Translations under genes and position numbers: made by a program | In this document: positions 56,143 through 64,000 of the stretch, one piece after another | Position numbering within the stretch: the stretch's first letter is position 1 | How the letters are laid out: every line of letters starts with the position of its first letter | Sequence record: PV740454.1 | DNA length: 64,000 nucleotides | Reading direction: 5' to 3' (one strand) | Notes under the pieces: generated by a model | The model's input: the letters and a program-made list of their open reading frames with translations, nothing else | Databases searched by the model: none | Told to the model about the DNA's origin: nothing

Positions 56143-56213
56143 AAAAGGGTTGACAGATGTCAGCCCTTTTTTGTATCATACTCATATTGAAAACACCCAA
56201 GGAAAACAATATG
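56143..56213 (+). promoter_or_regulatory. terminator-fused early promoter cassette
   Basis: GGGTTGAC-AGAT-GTCAGCCCTTTTTT; TATCAT; AAGGA SD. Confidence 0.8.
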
Positions 56214-56714
56214 AAAATCAAATCTATCATTCTTTTATCATCAGCTCTACTAGCATCAAACGCATATAGCGCAGAGCAAGAAATGACTCAAGAAGAACCA
56301 ATATATGCTTCAGTTGAAGTTGGTGTATTTACAAAACACCTTACAAGATCTAGAAACTATGGTGACCCGTGGAATGAAGACAATCATCTAATCGGTCTAG
56401 AAATCGGTAAAGGTGACTGGTCTGTTCATTTGTCACACTTCACAAACTCATATGACAACCCATCGACTACATTAGGCGCTAGTTACAAACTCATTAAAAA
56501 CGATGAATTTGTTATTAGCATTGCTGCTGGCATTGTTGAGGGATACACGAGAGAAGAAGCAGGTTTATGCATCAATAACAATATTTGTTTTTTTGCTGCT
56601 CCTAGTGTTCAGTACAATTACAAACTTACCGAAAACATCACAATTTCTCCTGTTGTGCGTCTGATGGGTTTGGCAATTGTTGGTAACGCTCAAGTTCGAT
56701 ACACTTTCGACTAA
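56211..56714 (+). CDS. PagP-like outer-membrane beta-barrel protein
   Basis: Signal peptide (AYS|A), alternating beta strands, KH...WNEDN...FTNSY pattern, C-terminal VRYTF beta-signal. Confidence 0.6.
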   Translation: MKIKSIILLSSALLASNAYSAEQEMTQEEPIYASVEVGVFTKHLTRSRNYGDPWNEDNHLIGLEIGKGDWSVHLSHFTNSYDNPSTTLGASYKLIKNDEFVISIAAGIVEGYTREEAGLCINNNICFFAAPSVQYNYKLTENITISPVVRLMGLAIVGNAQVRYTFD

Positions 56715-56729
56715 TTTGAAATATTTTCA

Positions 56730-56811
56730 AAAAAGGGTTGCGCTATGCAGCCCTTTTTAGTATTATAGCTTTATCGAAACGAAAGACACAAAACAAAGAG
56801 AGAACATTATG
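56730..56811 (+). promoter_or_regulatory. terminator-fused early promoter/leader cassette (TTGCGC variant)
   Basis: Same hairpin as 33564. Confidence 0.85.
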
Positions 56812-57138
56812 CAACTAACTACTAACATGACTAAAGCGCAAAAAACTAAAGTTGTTGAAGGTTTCAACTACGAGCGTGAAACAAGTCAAGGTCAGTACAA
56901 ATACCGTAACGGTACTTACAACATGGAAGGTTCAGATGTTGCTCGTCGTTTCAATCTGATGTCAACTATCGTTACTGGTAAGCCAACAATCCCTGCTGAA
57001 GTTACAGTTGCAGATTTTGATAAAATCATTCTTATGCAAACTGTAACAGATCAGTTCTTCGCAATGGGAGCGAATCAACAGATCTCTAAAGAAGAATCTG
57101 ACGAATTTGGTAAATTAGCACTTGCACACTTCGCTTAA
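56809..57138 (+). CDS. hypothetical protein
   Basis: Cassette ATG. Confidence 0.75.
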   Translation: MQLTTNMTKAQKTKVVEGFNYERETSQGQYKYRNGTYNMEGSDVARRFNLMSTIVTGKPTIPAEVTVADFDKIILMQTVTDQFFAMGANQQISKEESDEFGKLALAHFA

Positions 57139-57182
57139 TTCGATTAGAATACTTACATCAACTAGAGAAAAAGGAAAACATT

Positions 57183-57428
57183 ATGAAAGCAACTATCACT
57201 CAACTTAAAAAGAAAATCAATTCATACGCAGATCACAGTGGTTTTGCTTTTGATAAGAAAGCTCCGTATTATGTAAATGCAGAGCGTATCAAAGCTATTA
57301 AAGAAGGCATTCTGTTTGTCAAAGAAGACGGCGAGCAAAAGCCATCACGTCGCTATGAAATCAGTGAAAAGCAAATGGTATCTTTGAACAATTGGGTTCG
57401 TTCTCTAGAAGAAAAGTATCTACGATAA
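57183..57428 (+). CDS. hypothetical protein
   Basis: AAGGAAAACATT-ATG leader. Confidence 0.7.
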   Translation: MKATITQLKKKINSYADHSGFAFDKKAPYYVNAERIKAIKEGILFVKEDGEQKPSRRYEISEKQMVSLNNWVRSLEEKYLR

Positions 57429-57439
57429 GGTAAATTACA

Positions 57440-58714
57440 ATGGGTTCATTCAACACAACATGCGCGATTTCTCGCACACCTATCAATGAAGGCGATGAAG
57501 CGCGTGTGTTCTTCTTGATTATGCAAGCGAACGACATTCAACGTTCTATTGAAGAAAAGCAGTTCAGTAATATCATGATGGGTTGTGGTTGTTATCCCTG
57601 GGATAACTTCAAGATCATCGGATATCCTCTGAAAGGCAAATACGCTGATTACAATCGTTACGAATTTGAAGATCAGCAAATGTCTGATGAAGTTCTTCGT
57701 CTAATCAATAAGATCTACATGCCAAATCGCGTAGCTGAAGGCAAAGAACTAAGTGATTACAATTCATATCATGACTATATGGAAATCGATGAAATCACGT
57801 CGATGGAAGAGCTTCAAGATATGGAACACTCTGGTGCGTTGCGAGTTAAATCGTACTTCGGTACAACAGCTATCGTTAAAATGGCGATTCATGAAGAGAT
57901 CTACCAAGAGCTTATCATTTCTGGTGAGTTGACTACAGGTTGGGGTGAAGACGCGAAGACAATGACATTTGAACAAGAAGTTCAAGAGCTTTACGAACGT
58001 CATGCATCGCCAGGCGACAAAGATCCTCTATCACCTTCCGACCGAAAGTTGATCGACGAGACACGTGCTGACATGTACGCGAAAGCTGATGCGAATGAAG
58101 TTGACCAAGACGGCAAGCCAATCACACGCGAAACCGTTGATAGAATGATTGAACGATTCGAAAACATGTTAGCCCGTCAAACAGATTATTACGATCCGTT
58201 TGATCGCGCTGAGTGGTCAGAGAAAACATACCCTGTACGTTCGATGCAAGAGACAGACGACAACGAATTCATTCGTAAACTTGCAGAAGGTCAAATTGGG
58301 TTGAAGTGGACTGCATTGTGGTTTCAAGCTAATAACTACGAGTTCGGCCCTGCGATTACATCTGGTCAGTGGGGTGACCGTTTAGCAGAAGCAGAACGTC
58401 TTCGTAAGCTTGCAGACATCGTTGAATCTAAAGTACCTGAGTACTACTATCAAGAGCACATCCCAGTTCACAGAGAGCGTACAGTGCGTCTAGTGATGAA
58501 ACGTTCTGAGTTAGTTGAATCATACACTGACTGGTACGGTGAAGACGCTGATGAAATGGCTGAGCTGCAAGAAGCAATTGATTCAATGAAAGAACAAAGC
58601 TCATTCAAGGTAGGTGACGAAAACTGCAAAATGGCTCAGTTCTTAGCATCAAACGAATGCATCATGGAAGACGAAGCGAAAGACGGCGACGTGATTGAAT
58701 TTATTTTCGATTAA
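57440..58714 (+). CDS. large acidic hypothetical protein
   Basis: 424 aa; MGSFNTTCAISRTPI start. Confidence 0.75.
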   Translation: MGSFNTTCAISRTPINEGDEARVFFLIMQANDIQRSIEEKQFSNIMMGCGCYPWDNFKIIGYPLKGKYADYNRYEFEDQQMSDEVLRLINKIYMPNRVAEGKELSDYNSYHDYMEIDEITSMEELQDMEHSGALRVKSYFGTTAIVKMAIHEEIYQELIISGELTTGWGEDAKTMTFEQEVQELYERHASPGDKDPLSPSDRKLIDETRADMYAKADANEVDQDGKPITRETVDRMIERFENMLARQTDYYDPFDRAEWSEKTYPVRSMQETDDNEFIRKLAEGQIGLKWTALWFQANNYEFGPAITSGQWGDRLAEAERLRKLADIVESKVPEYYYQEHIPVHRERTVRLVMKRSELVESYTDWYGEDADEMAELQEAIDSMKEQSSFKVGDENCKMAQFLASNECIMEDEAKDGDVIEFIFD

Positions 58715-58718
58715 ACTG

Positions 58719-58759
58719 TTGACAATGCGACGGAGTGCTGTAGAATGTTACTCAGTCGC
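58719..58759 (+). promoter_or_regulatory. early promoter with -10 in hairpin loop
   Basis: TTGACA-16-TAGAAT; GCGACgGAGT...ACTCaGTCGC. Confidence 0.65.
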
Positions 58760-58777
58760 TACAAAGAGAACAATATT

Positions 58778-59038
58778 ATGAAAGATGAAGTAACACTACA
58801 CATTCGAAATCATTGGCTACATCGTCGTGCATACGACATTCTGTATCACAAGCCATTTAAATTTCGCAAAAACGCACTAGCGAAGTGGGAAGAAAAACGA
58901 GTTGATTTTTGGTATGTCGTTGAACGACTAAATCCTGAGTTTTTCGCGAAATGTCCTGAGGGAATGAAAGCATACTTATGTTGCGCACCTGCTCCTCGCG
59001 GCGCTGTACAATACTTCTACATCAAATTTGACAAATAA
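58778..59038 (+). CDS. hypothetical basic protein
   Basis: AGAGAACAATATT-ATG. Confidence 0.65.
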   Translation: MKDEVTLHIRNHWLHRRAYDILYHKPFKFRKNALAKWEEKRVDFWYVVERLNPEFFAKCPEGMKAYLCCAPAPRGAVQYFYIKFDK

Positions 59039-59049
59039 GAGAGAACATA

Positions 59050-59757
59050 ATGAAAAAACTAATCGCAATCGCAGCAATCGCAGGTACTGTACTTCTAACT
59101 GGTTGTTCTGAAACCGTCGAAGGTACTTCGAACGAAAAACTAAGTGCAGCAGCACCAGTTATGTCTCAGCTTGAAAAAGACATGCTTGATGTAGTTGGCG
59201 GTCCGAGCTTTTTGAATCGTTACGACGCAGTTTATACAGCCATCGTTAACAAACGAATCAAGTTTGGTGAAGAGCCTGTTGCTCGTTCTGAAACTGAAGT
59301 TCCGTTCTGTGATGTCATTAATACAGTACTTGAATCTGAGAGTCAAACTGGTCTAAATCACAAGTCATACTCGTTGAACAATCAATGGACTGTTAAGTAC
59401 GGCATTACTCTGAAACAACAATGTTCACAAACGTATGCTGAACTGAAACTGGCAACTCAAGAGCAAATCGAAGCAGAGCTTGACCGCGTTGTAATTGAAG
59501 AGCAAGAGTTCAGCAAGAAAGAAATCAAAGCTGAAAAGATCATCGAAGAATCAGTTGTAATCAACGAAGACGTTCTTCTATCGCCTGAGCTAGTTCGCGA
59601 ACTGCGTGGCTCAGTTAAAGACTGCAATCGTGCTAAAGTTCGACTAATGAATGTTGTCGATGCTGGTGAAGCACTAACTACGAAGCATTACGATGAAGTA
59701 AAAGGTTTAGTTCTTCAATGCGAAATGCTCAAACTTGAAGTTGAATTAAACAAATAG
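59050..59757 (+). CDS. lipoprotein
   Basis: Lipobox LTGC. Confidence 0.75.
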   Translation: MKKLIAIAAIAGTVLLTGCSETVEGTSNEKLSAAAPVMSQLEKDMLDVVGGPSFLNRYDAVYTAIVNKRIKFGEEPVARSETEVPFCDVINTVLESESQTGLNHKSYSLNNQWTVKYGITLKQQCSQTYAELKLATQEQIEAELDRVVIEEQEFSKKEIKAEKIIEESVVINEDVLLSPELVRELRGSVKDCNRAKVRLMNVVDAGEALTTKHYDEVKGLVLQCEMLKLEVELNK

Positions 59758-59765
59758 GTACTACT

Positions 59766-60200
59766 ATGAAATACTTTATCGCAATCCTACTACTTTCACT
59801 ATCTAGCTTTTCATTTGCTGGTGATTGGTATAAACATCCGGGAACTAATACTTGGTATACCGACGCGAAGAACAAGAACGGCGTATCCATACAAGTTAAT
59901 CGAACATCTGGTATGTCGATGATTATCAAGACACCAGTGTGTGAGTTCAAAAATCAAGAGCGTGAACTAGGCCATTCAGTTGACGTTATGACTCAAATGG
60001 ATAACGAATCTCGCATCCCGATTCGTTTTGATTTTTACTGTGTTGATGTCGGTAAGCTTGGATACATAGTTCAAATGAAAGACTACAACATGTTAATGGA
60101 TATGTTCAGAGTTTCGAGCGTAATCCGAGTTGGTGAAGTTGAATTCAGCGCAATGGGTTTCAACAAAGCACTAGACGAGATTCGGAAAACGATGAAATAG
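59766..60200 (+). CDS. exported protein
   Basis: Signal peptide ending SFA; C-terminal FSAMGF..A similar to ORF 12507. Confidence 0.7.
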   Translation: MKYFIAILLLSLSSFSFAGDWYKHPGTNTWYTDAKNKNGVSIQVNRTSGMSMIIKTPVCEFKNQERELGHSVDVMTQMDNESRIPIRFDFYCVDVGKLGYIVQMKDYNMLMDMFRVSSVIRVGEVEFSAMGFNKALDEIRKTMK

Positions 60201-60213
60201 TGACACAAATCAC

Positions 60214-60324
60214 AAAAAGCTCCTTAATTGGGGCTTTTTTCGTTTTTGTGCTTGCAATAAATTTCGTTTAAACGTATTATTACTTCATCGAAACGACATC
60301 GACTAACTAAGAGAGAACATTATG
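60214..60324 (+). promoter_or_regulatory. terminator plus early promoter/leader cassette
   Basis: AAAGCTCC-TTAATT-GGGGCTTTTTT; TTGCAA...TATTAT; ATCGAAACGACATCGACTAAC (as at 21005). Confidence 0.8.
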
Positions 60325-60603
60325 ACACAACGAATCGCAACTCAGAATCTTGAATTCTTCGGTCGCTCAGACATTCTAGAAAACGATACCGAAATATTCT
60401 ATCTTGTTGCTGAGTTACCATCTGGTCATCGTTTCGCGTTAGGCGAGTGGAATTTTGAAGGTGATGAAGCGCGTCTAGATGCAATGATTCAACGCATTAA
60501 AAAAGCAGATAGCATCAATCTTGAGCATTGGTATCAAATGGATCCATGCTACGGGTCAGAAGCATATCAAGGTACTGCTAAACTAACAGATTACATCATT
60601 TAA
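60322..60603 (+). CDS. hypothetical protein
   Basis: Cassette ATG. Confidence 0.7.
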   Translation: MTQRIATQNLEFFGRSDILENDTEIFYLVAELPSGHRFALGEWNFEGDEARLDAMIQRIKKADSINLEHWYQMDPCYGSEAYQGTAKLTDYII

Positions 60604-60613
60604 GGAGAACACT

Positions 60614-61120
60614 ATGTTTTACAAAGTCGGATATAAAACAGAATCGGTTACAAAAACTCGCTCAATTCATCTTGAAGACAAAGTTCAAATTGTATTTGAT
60701 AATAGAGTAATAAGCGACATGATTCTTGTCCATCATAACCGAGCAATCAACGCTGCTGTGTTTGTATCTTACGATGACGGGTTTTCAATTTCAATTGTAA
60801 ACGGTAAGGTTTACGGCACGTTTGAAAAGATTTGCTGTTATAAAACTGAATGGAAAGATGAAATTCGCATTGTTGACGCTATCAGTCTTCGTCATGAATA
60901 TACAAAGAATGAGCGTAAGCAAACTGATTTTGCAATTAACGAAGGCGACTTCATTGCGTGTTGGATTCATGATGAACTTGTAGAAATGAAAGTTCTTCAT
61001 TCGTCAGACAAAAAGCTTGTGTTGCTCGATACAGAAGATGAAGATGAAGAGATCATCGAAATCACAGAAGACTATATGCCGCAGCACTTCTCATTCAACG
61101 ATGCAATAACGTTCAAGTAA
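60614..61120 (+). CDS. hypothetical protein
   Basis: AGGAG SD. Confidence 0.7.
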   Translation: MFYKVGYKTESVTKTRSIHLEDKVQIVFDNRVISDMILVHHNRAINAAVFVSYDDGFSISIVNGKVYGTFEKICCYKTEWKDEIRIVDAISLRHEYTKNERKQTDFAINEGDFIACWIHDELVEMKVLHSSDKKLVLLDTEDEDEEIIEITEDYMPQHFSFNDAITFK

Positions 61121-61123
61121 AAG

Positions 61124-61150
61124 AAAAGGGAGCAATTTGCTCCCTTTTTT
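61124..61150. terminator. bidirectional intrinsic terminator
   Basis: AAAAGGGAGCA-ATT-TGCTCCCTTTTTT between convergent genes. Confidence 0.85.
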
Positions 61151-62204
61151 ATTTCACCATTTTAATTTGAATTCGATTATCCATGTACTTCATTTTCTGT
61201 TCGAATTCAACATCGTATTCTGGTCGATGTTCGTATTCAATTGAAAGCATCTGTTTTAGACAACGGAACAACTCATCTTTGTAGTATCCCTCATCCATTG
61301 CTTTCATCTGGTCGTACTGCTTTTTCATTGCAGCTTTGACGATTGTCGGGTCCATGAACTTCACTGACATTTCACGTGGTGCTTTCACTGTGCCAAAATC
61401 AACATACACTTGAGCTTCCATTGCAACTTGAATGAAGTCGTAAATTGTGTCATAGCTCATGCGACTTAGCGTATGATGCATCACGAGATCTTTGCAGTGA
61501 GCTTTTAGAATCGGCGCGTTACGCAACATCAAATCGTGGTCTAGATTTTGACGAATGTATTCGTTTCGTTCTTTACCACCATCACACGAAATCGTCATTG
61601 AAATGCGCTGTTTGTATTTCTTGCAGATTGCTAGTATTTTCTTGGCAAGTGGAGTGTGAAGAACTGTGCCATTTGTCAAAATGAATACGTGAGCTTTGGT
61701 CTCTTCCATCACTTCTGTTAGAACTTCGACTGTTCGTTTGTCCATGAACGGTTCACCCCCGTACAGAACAACAGTTTCAACGCCTTTTGGGATGCTGAAA
61801 TCGAGTTGGTTGTAATCGTAAGTGTCTTCAATGTCATACAGATCCATGTATGTCTTGCTATTCTTCCCGTAACACATTCTACACGCTAGATTGCACTTGT
61901 TTGACATCAGTATTTGAATGGTGCGCGGGTGCTCTTCTAGAGCTTCATACTCGAAGTATTTCTGGTCTGACAATTCACCGTAGCTCATACATTCTTTGCA
62001 GTAATCTGGTAATGTGTCATAATCGAACATTTTTGCACGATGTTCGTTGATGATATCACTGTGCCACCAATCTTCGACGTTCGGGAATGCTTCGCTTAAT
62101 TGCGAACAACAGATATGATAGCCGTCTGGTTTAGCGTCTCGTGTGTTGAAGGGAGAGCCACAAAGTGGCTTCTTCCCGTCTTTAAATCCAAATTTTTCAA
62201 ACAT
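61149..62204 (-). CDS. radical SAM protein with N-terminal Cys-rich (SPASM/twitch-like) region
   Basis: CNLACRMC, GGEPF, TNGT, SCDG; N-terminal C...CC...CKEC. Confidence 0.85.
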   Translation of the reverse strand: MFEKFGFKDGKKPLCGSPFNTRDAKPDGYHICCSQLSEAFPNVEDWWHSDIINEHRAKMFDYDTLPDYCKECMSYGELSDQKYFEYEALEEHPRTIQILMSNKCNLACRMCYGKNSKTYMDLYDIEDTYDYNQLDFSIPKGVETVVLYGGEPFMDKRTVEVLTEVMEETKAHVFILTNGTVLHTPLAKKILAICKKYKQRISMTISCDGGKERNEYIRQNLDHDLMLRNAPILKAHCKDLVMHHTLSRMSYDTIYDFIQVAMEAQVYVDFGTVKAPREMSVKFMDPTIVKAAMKKQYDQMKAMDEGYYKDELFRCLKQMLSIEYEHRPEYDVEFEQKMKYMDNRIQIKMVK

Positions 62205-62473
62205 TAATCTAACTCATCAAGTAGGGATTGAAATTCTTCGTCGCGTTCAGCGTCGATTTCATAGGTCATCATTGCTTTTAGTGTAGCAAGAGACTTGATC
62301 TCAGGTGGTCTAGGTCGTAGATCTTCTAAAATACAAATAATCGACTCTGCTGGTAAGTCATGTTCAATTATTTCTGGTGGTAGCGTGTGTTTGTAAACGC
62401 AGTTATCACCCCAGTCGATGACAACTGCGTGTTCCCATTTGTCAATCTCGACAATTTTAAAATCAGCTTTCAT
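62204..62473 (-). CDS. small acidic protein coupled between glycosyltransferase and radical SAM
   Basis: Overlapping start/stop on both sides. Confidence 0.65.
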   Translation of the reverse strand: MKADFKIVEIDKWEHAVVIDWGDNCVYKHTLPPEIIEHDLPAESIICILEDLRPRPPEIKSLATLKAMMTYEIDAERDEEFQSLLDELD

Positions 62474-63479
62474 GTTTCAATCCCCATAGTGTTTCCCAAT
62501 GTGTTTTCGTATCTTGTCGATACTTCTCAATATCAAATTTTTCGTACTGTTCGCGTGTCGCTTTCTCGATCACGTCAACGATTGTATCATTGTTTATATC
62601 TGCTCGAACAACAGGAAATATGAAATCGCGTGTATATGGTGCATCATATTGAACAATGCATGGTATATGTTGACTTGCTTCAACTACTGCATATGGCATG
62701 ATTTCGATATGAGACATGTGAAGAAGAACTTTGCTCTTCATCATGTGTGCAATCACTTCTTCGCGTGGCTTCTTAATGTGTACTTTGCAGTTAACACCTT
62801 GCGGCACGCTAACGAAATCAGTTGTGAATAGGTGGACACTCAAGTCACTGCCAACGAGAGATTTCAGCATTTCTGGTATTTGCTTTCTCTTATACGCGCC
62901 TGATACGATGATCACATCTGATTCTTTCGCGTTGTTCAACTCAGTATGCGACACTTCTGGTAGCTCAAACGGTTCGTACGCTGTGACATGATTACCACCC
63001 ATTATCTGTTCGCCCCAATAACGAATCCCATCAGATTGCGCTACGTTTGTAACAATAGCTGACTTGCCCATCATTGCTCGCCACTGATTTAAATTGTACA
63101 TTCGATTGATATCCATGTACTTCTTGTAAGAGTCTGGAACTATCAAGTCGCCGAAGTGATGCTGGTTGTAACATGCTCTATTTGCTTCTATACATGCGCG
63201 TAACGCTTCGTAAGAGTGTGTATATATGATTGTGTCGGCGCTTAGTGATTTGATTACAAGAGCGTTTGCTTTGTAGTCGTTAAATGCTCTATTCGTCAAC
63301 ACGAAATCGCAACCAAAATCCCAACTGTTCATATGCGGGCATCTGTCATCACCGAAGATGATAACCTTGACATCACAGTTGTAACTTTTCATAAGTCGAA
63401 TGTGATCTTGCAAGAATGTATAGATACCGCCACCGATGCCAAGCATGAAATCAGTGACCACGTATCGAATTTTTTTCAT
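62463..63479 (-). CDS. GT-B fold (GT4-like) glycosyltransferase
   Basis: N-terminal GGG loop; C-terminal SHIEIMPYAVVEA (ExxxxxxxE) donor-binding motif and PCIV. Confidence 0.75.
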   Translation of the reverse strand: MKKIRYVVTDFMLGIGGGIYTFLQDHIRLMKSYNCDVKVIIFGDDRCPHMNSWDFGCDFVLTNRAFNDYKANALVIKSLSADTIIYTHSYEALRACIEANRACYNQHHFGDLIVPDSYKKYMDINRMYNLNQWRAMMGKSAIVTNVAQSDGIRYWGEQIMGGNHVTAYEPFELPEVSHTELNNAKESDVIIVSGAYKRKQIPEMLKSLVGSDLSVHLFTTDFVSVPQGVNCKVHIKKPREEVIAHMMKSKVLLHMSHIEIMPYAVVEASQHIPCIVQYDAPYTRDFIFPVVRADINNDTIVDVIEKATREQYEKFDIEKYRQDTKTHWETLWGLKHES

Positions 63480-63486
63480 AAAAGTG

Positions 63487-63515
63487 TTGACTCCACGTGT
63501 CTTAATATGTAGACT
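63487..63515 (+). promoter_or_regulatory. sigma70-type promoter divergent from GT operon
   Basis: TTGACT-17-TAGACT. Confidence 0.6.
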
Positions 63516-63548
63516 ATATTTTATCGCAACAAGTACGAGATTTAAACA

Positions 63549-63752
63549 ATGCGCAAAGCATCAGAAGACTTAATTCGAATGAGAGTAGAATCCCTCCCTT
63601 TCGTGAGAATTAATGTTGATAATCAAATCAAGATATGCGAATATCTGTACTCGCTTGACGATGACGTTATCTATGCACTTGAGAAGCATACTGAAACTTC
63701 AGACGGTGCGCGTAAAATATTAAACTTTCTATTGAAGAAAATTGGAGACTAA
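63549..63752 (+). CDS. hypothetical protein
   Basis: ORF after promoter. Confidence 0.6.
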   Translation: MRKASEDLIRMRVESLPFVRINVDNQIKICEYLYSLDDDVIYALEKHTETSDGARKILNFLLKKIGD

Positions 63753-63756
63753 AATT

Positions 63757-64000
63757 ATGGCATATGAATCAGTATTCAACGGTACAAATCGTTATAAAGT
63801 CCTGCGTGAAGGCAGAGAATACATCAACAAAGTTGCTGAGCGTCATGGCGCAGTAGCAAACGGCATTTATGTGACAATGGATCATCACATCGTTGATCGC
63901 ATTATGGATCACTCGTTCCCTGCTCGTGTGTTTGAAATCATCGTAGGTCGATTGATCAAAAATCACCAAGATGAAATTCTAAAACTAGCAAACATGCCAG
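63757..64000 (+). CDS. hypothetical protein, 3'-truncated by window end
   Basis: GGAG SD; open to 64000. Confidence 0.55.
   Translation, partial: MAYESVFNGTNRYKVLREGREYINKVAERHGAVANGIYVTMDHHIVDRIMDHSFPARVFEIIVGRLIKNHQDEILKLANMP

Noticed and set aside
4200-60324. Dispersed repeats as a CRISPR array or transposon ends
   Set aside because: Copies are kilobases apart with no regular spacers, no cas or transposase gene, and each heads a gene as a promoter.
181-63969. Many short minus-strand and alternate-frame ORFs in the track
   Set aside because: They are shadows of densely tiled plus-strand genes and lack SDs or motifs; only 5861-6379 and the 61149-63479 operon are supported on the minus strand.
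1-64000. tRNA genes, introns, homing endonucleases or stop-codon recoding
   Set aside because: No cloverleaf with T-loop consensus, no HNH/GIY-YIG/LAGLIDADG motif recognised, and known genes are intact under the standard code. tRNAscan and Infernal were not run.

Overview
Early/accessory region of a large T4-type myovirus. The gene content (rIIA, rIIB, dda, denV and the NAD+-salvage set natV, nadV, nadR, pnuC) matches KVP40-like vibriophages; the Vibrio host is an inference. About 140 densely packed, almost all plus-strand ORFs, mostly small and of unknown function, fall into modules headed by a repeated sigma70-type early promoter/leader cassette, often with an intrinsic terminator fused over the -35. 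A few solo genes have T4 late-type promoters and capsid-targeting N-termini. A minus-strand glycosyltransferase/small ORF/radical SAM operon closes the window. The most striking unexplained structure is at 18.5-20.2 kb: five tiny membrane-protein ORFs, then a ~370-bp gene-free gap with seven co-oriented DnaA boxes (three perfect TTATCCACA), sitting on a C-rich to G-rich skew inversion, followed directly by a tail-less gp32-like Zn-binding ssDNA-binding protein. This is a candidate host-DnaA-dependent phage origin or a DnaA-titration locus; a second small DnaA-box cluster lies inside pnuC. Other highlights: a nine-member diverged paralog array, a PagP-like outer-membrane barrel, a KcsA-type K+ channel, and a three-way-junction RNA in a late leader. 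No tRNA, rRNA, CRISPR array, integrase or transposase was recognised. All family assignments come from reading motifs by eye; no database search was run.
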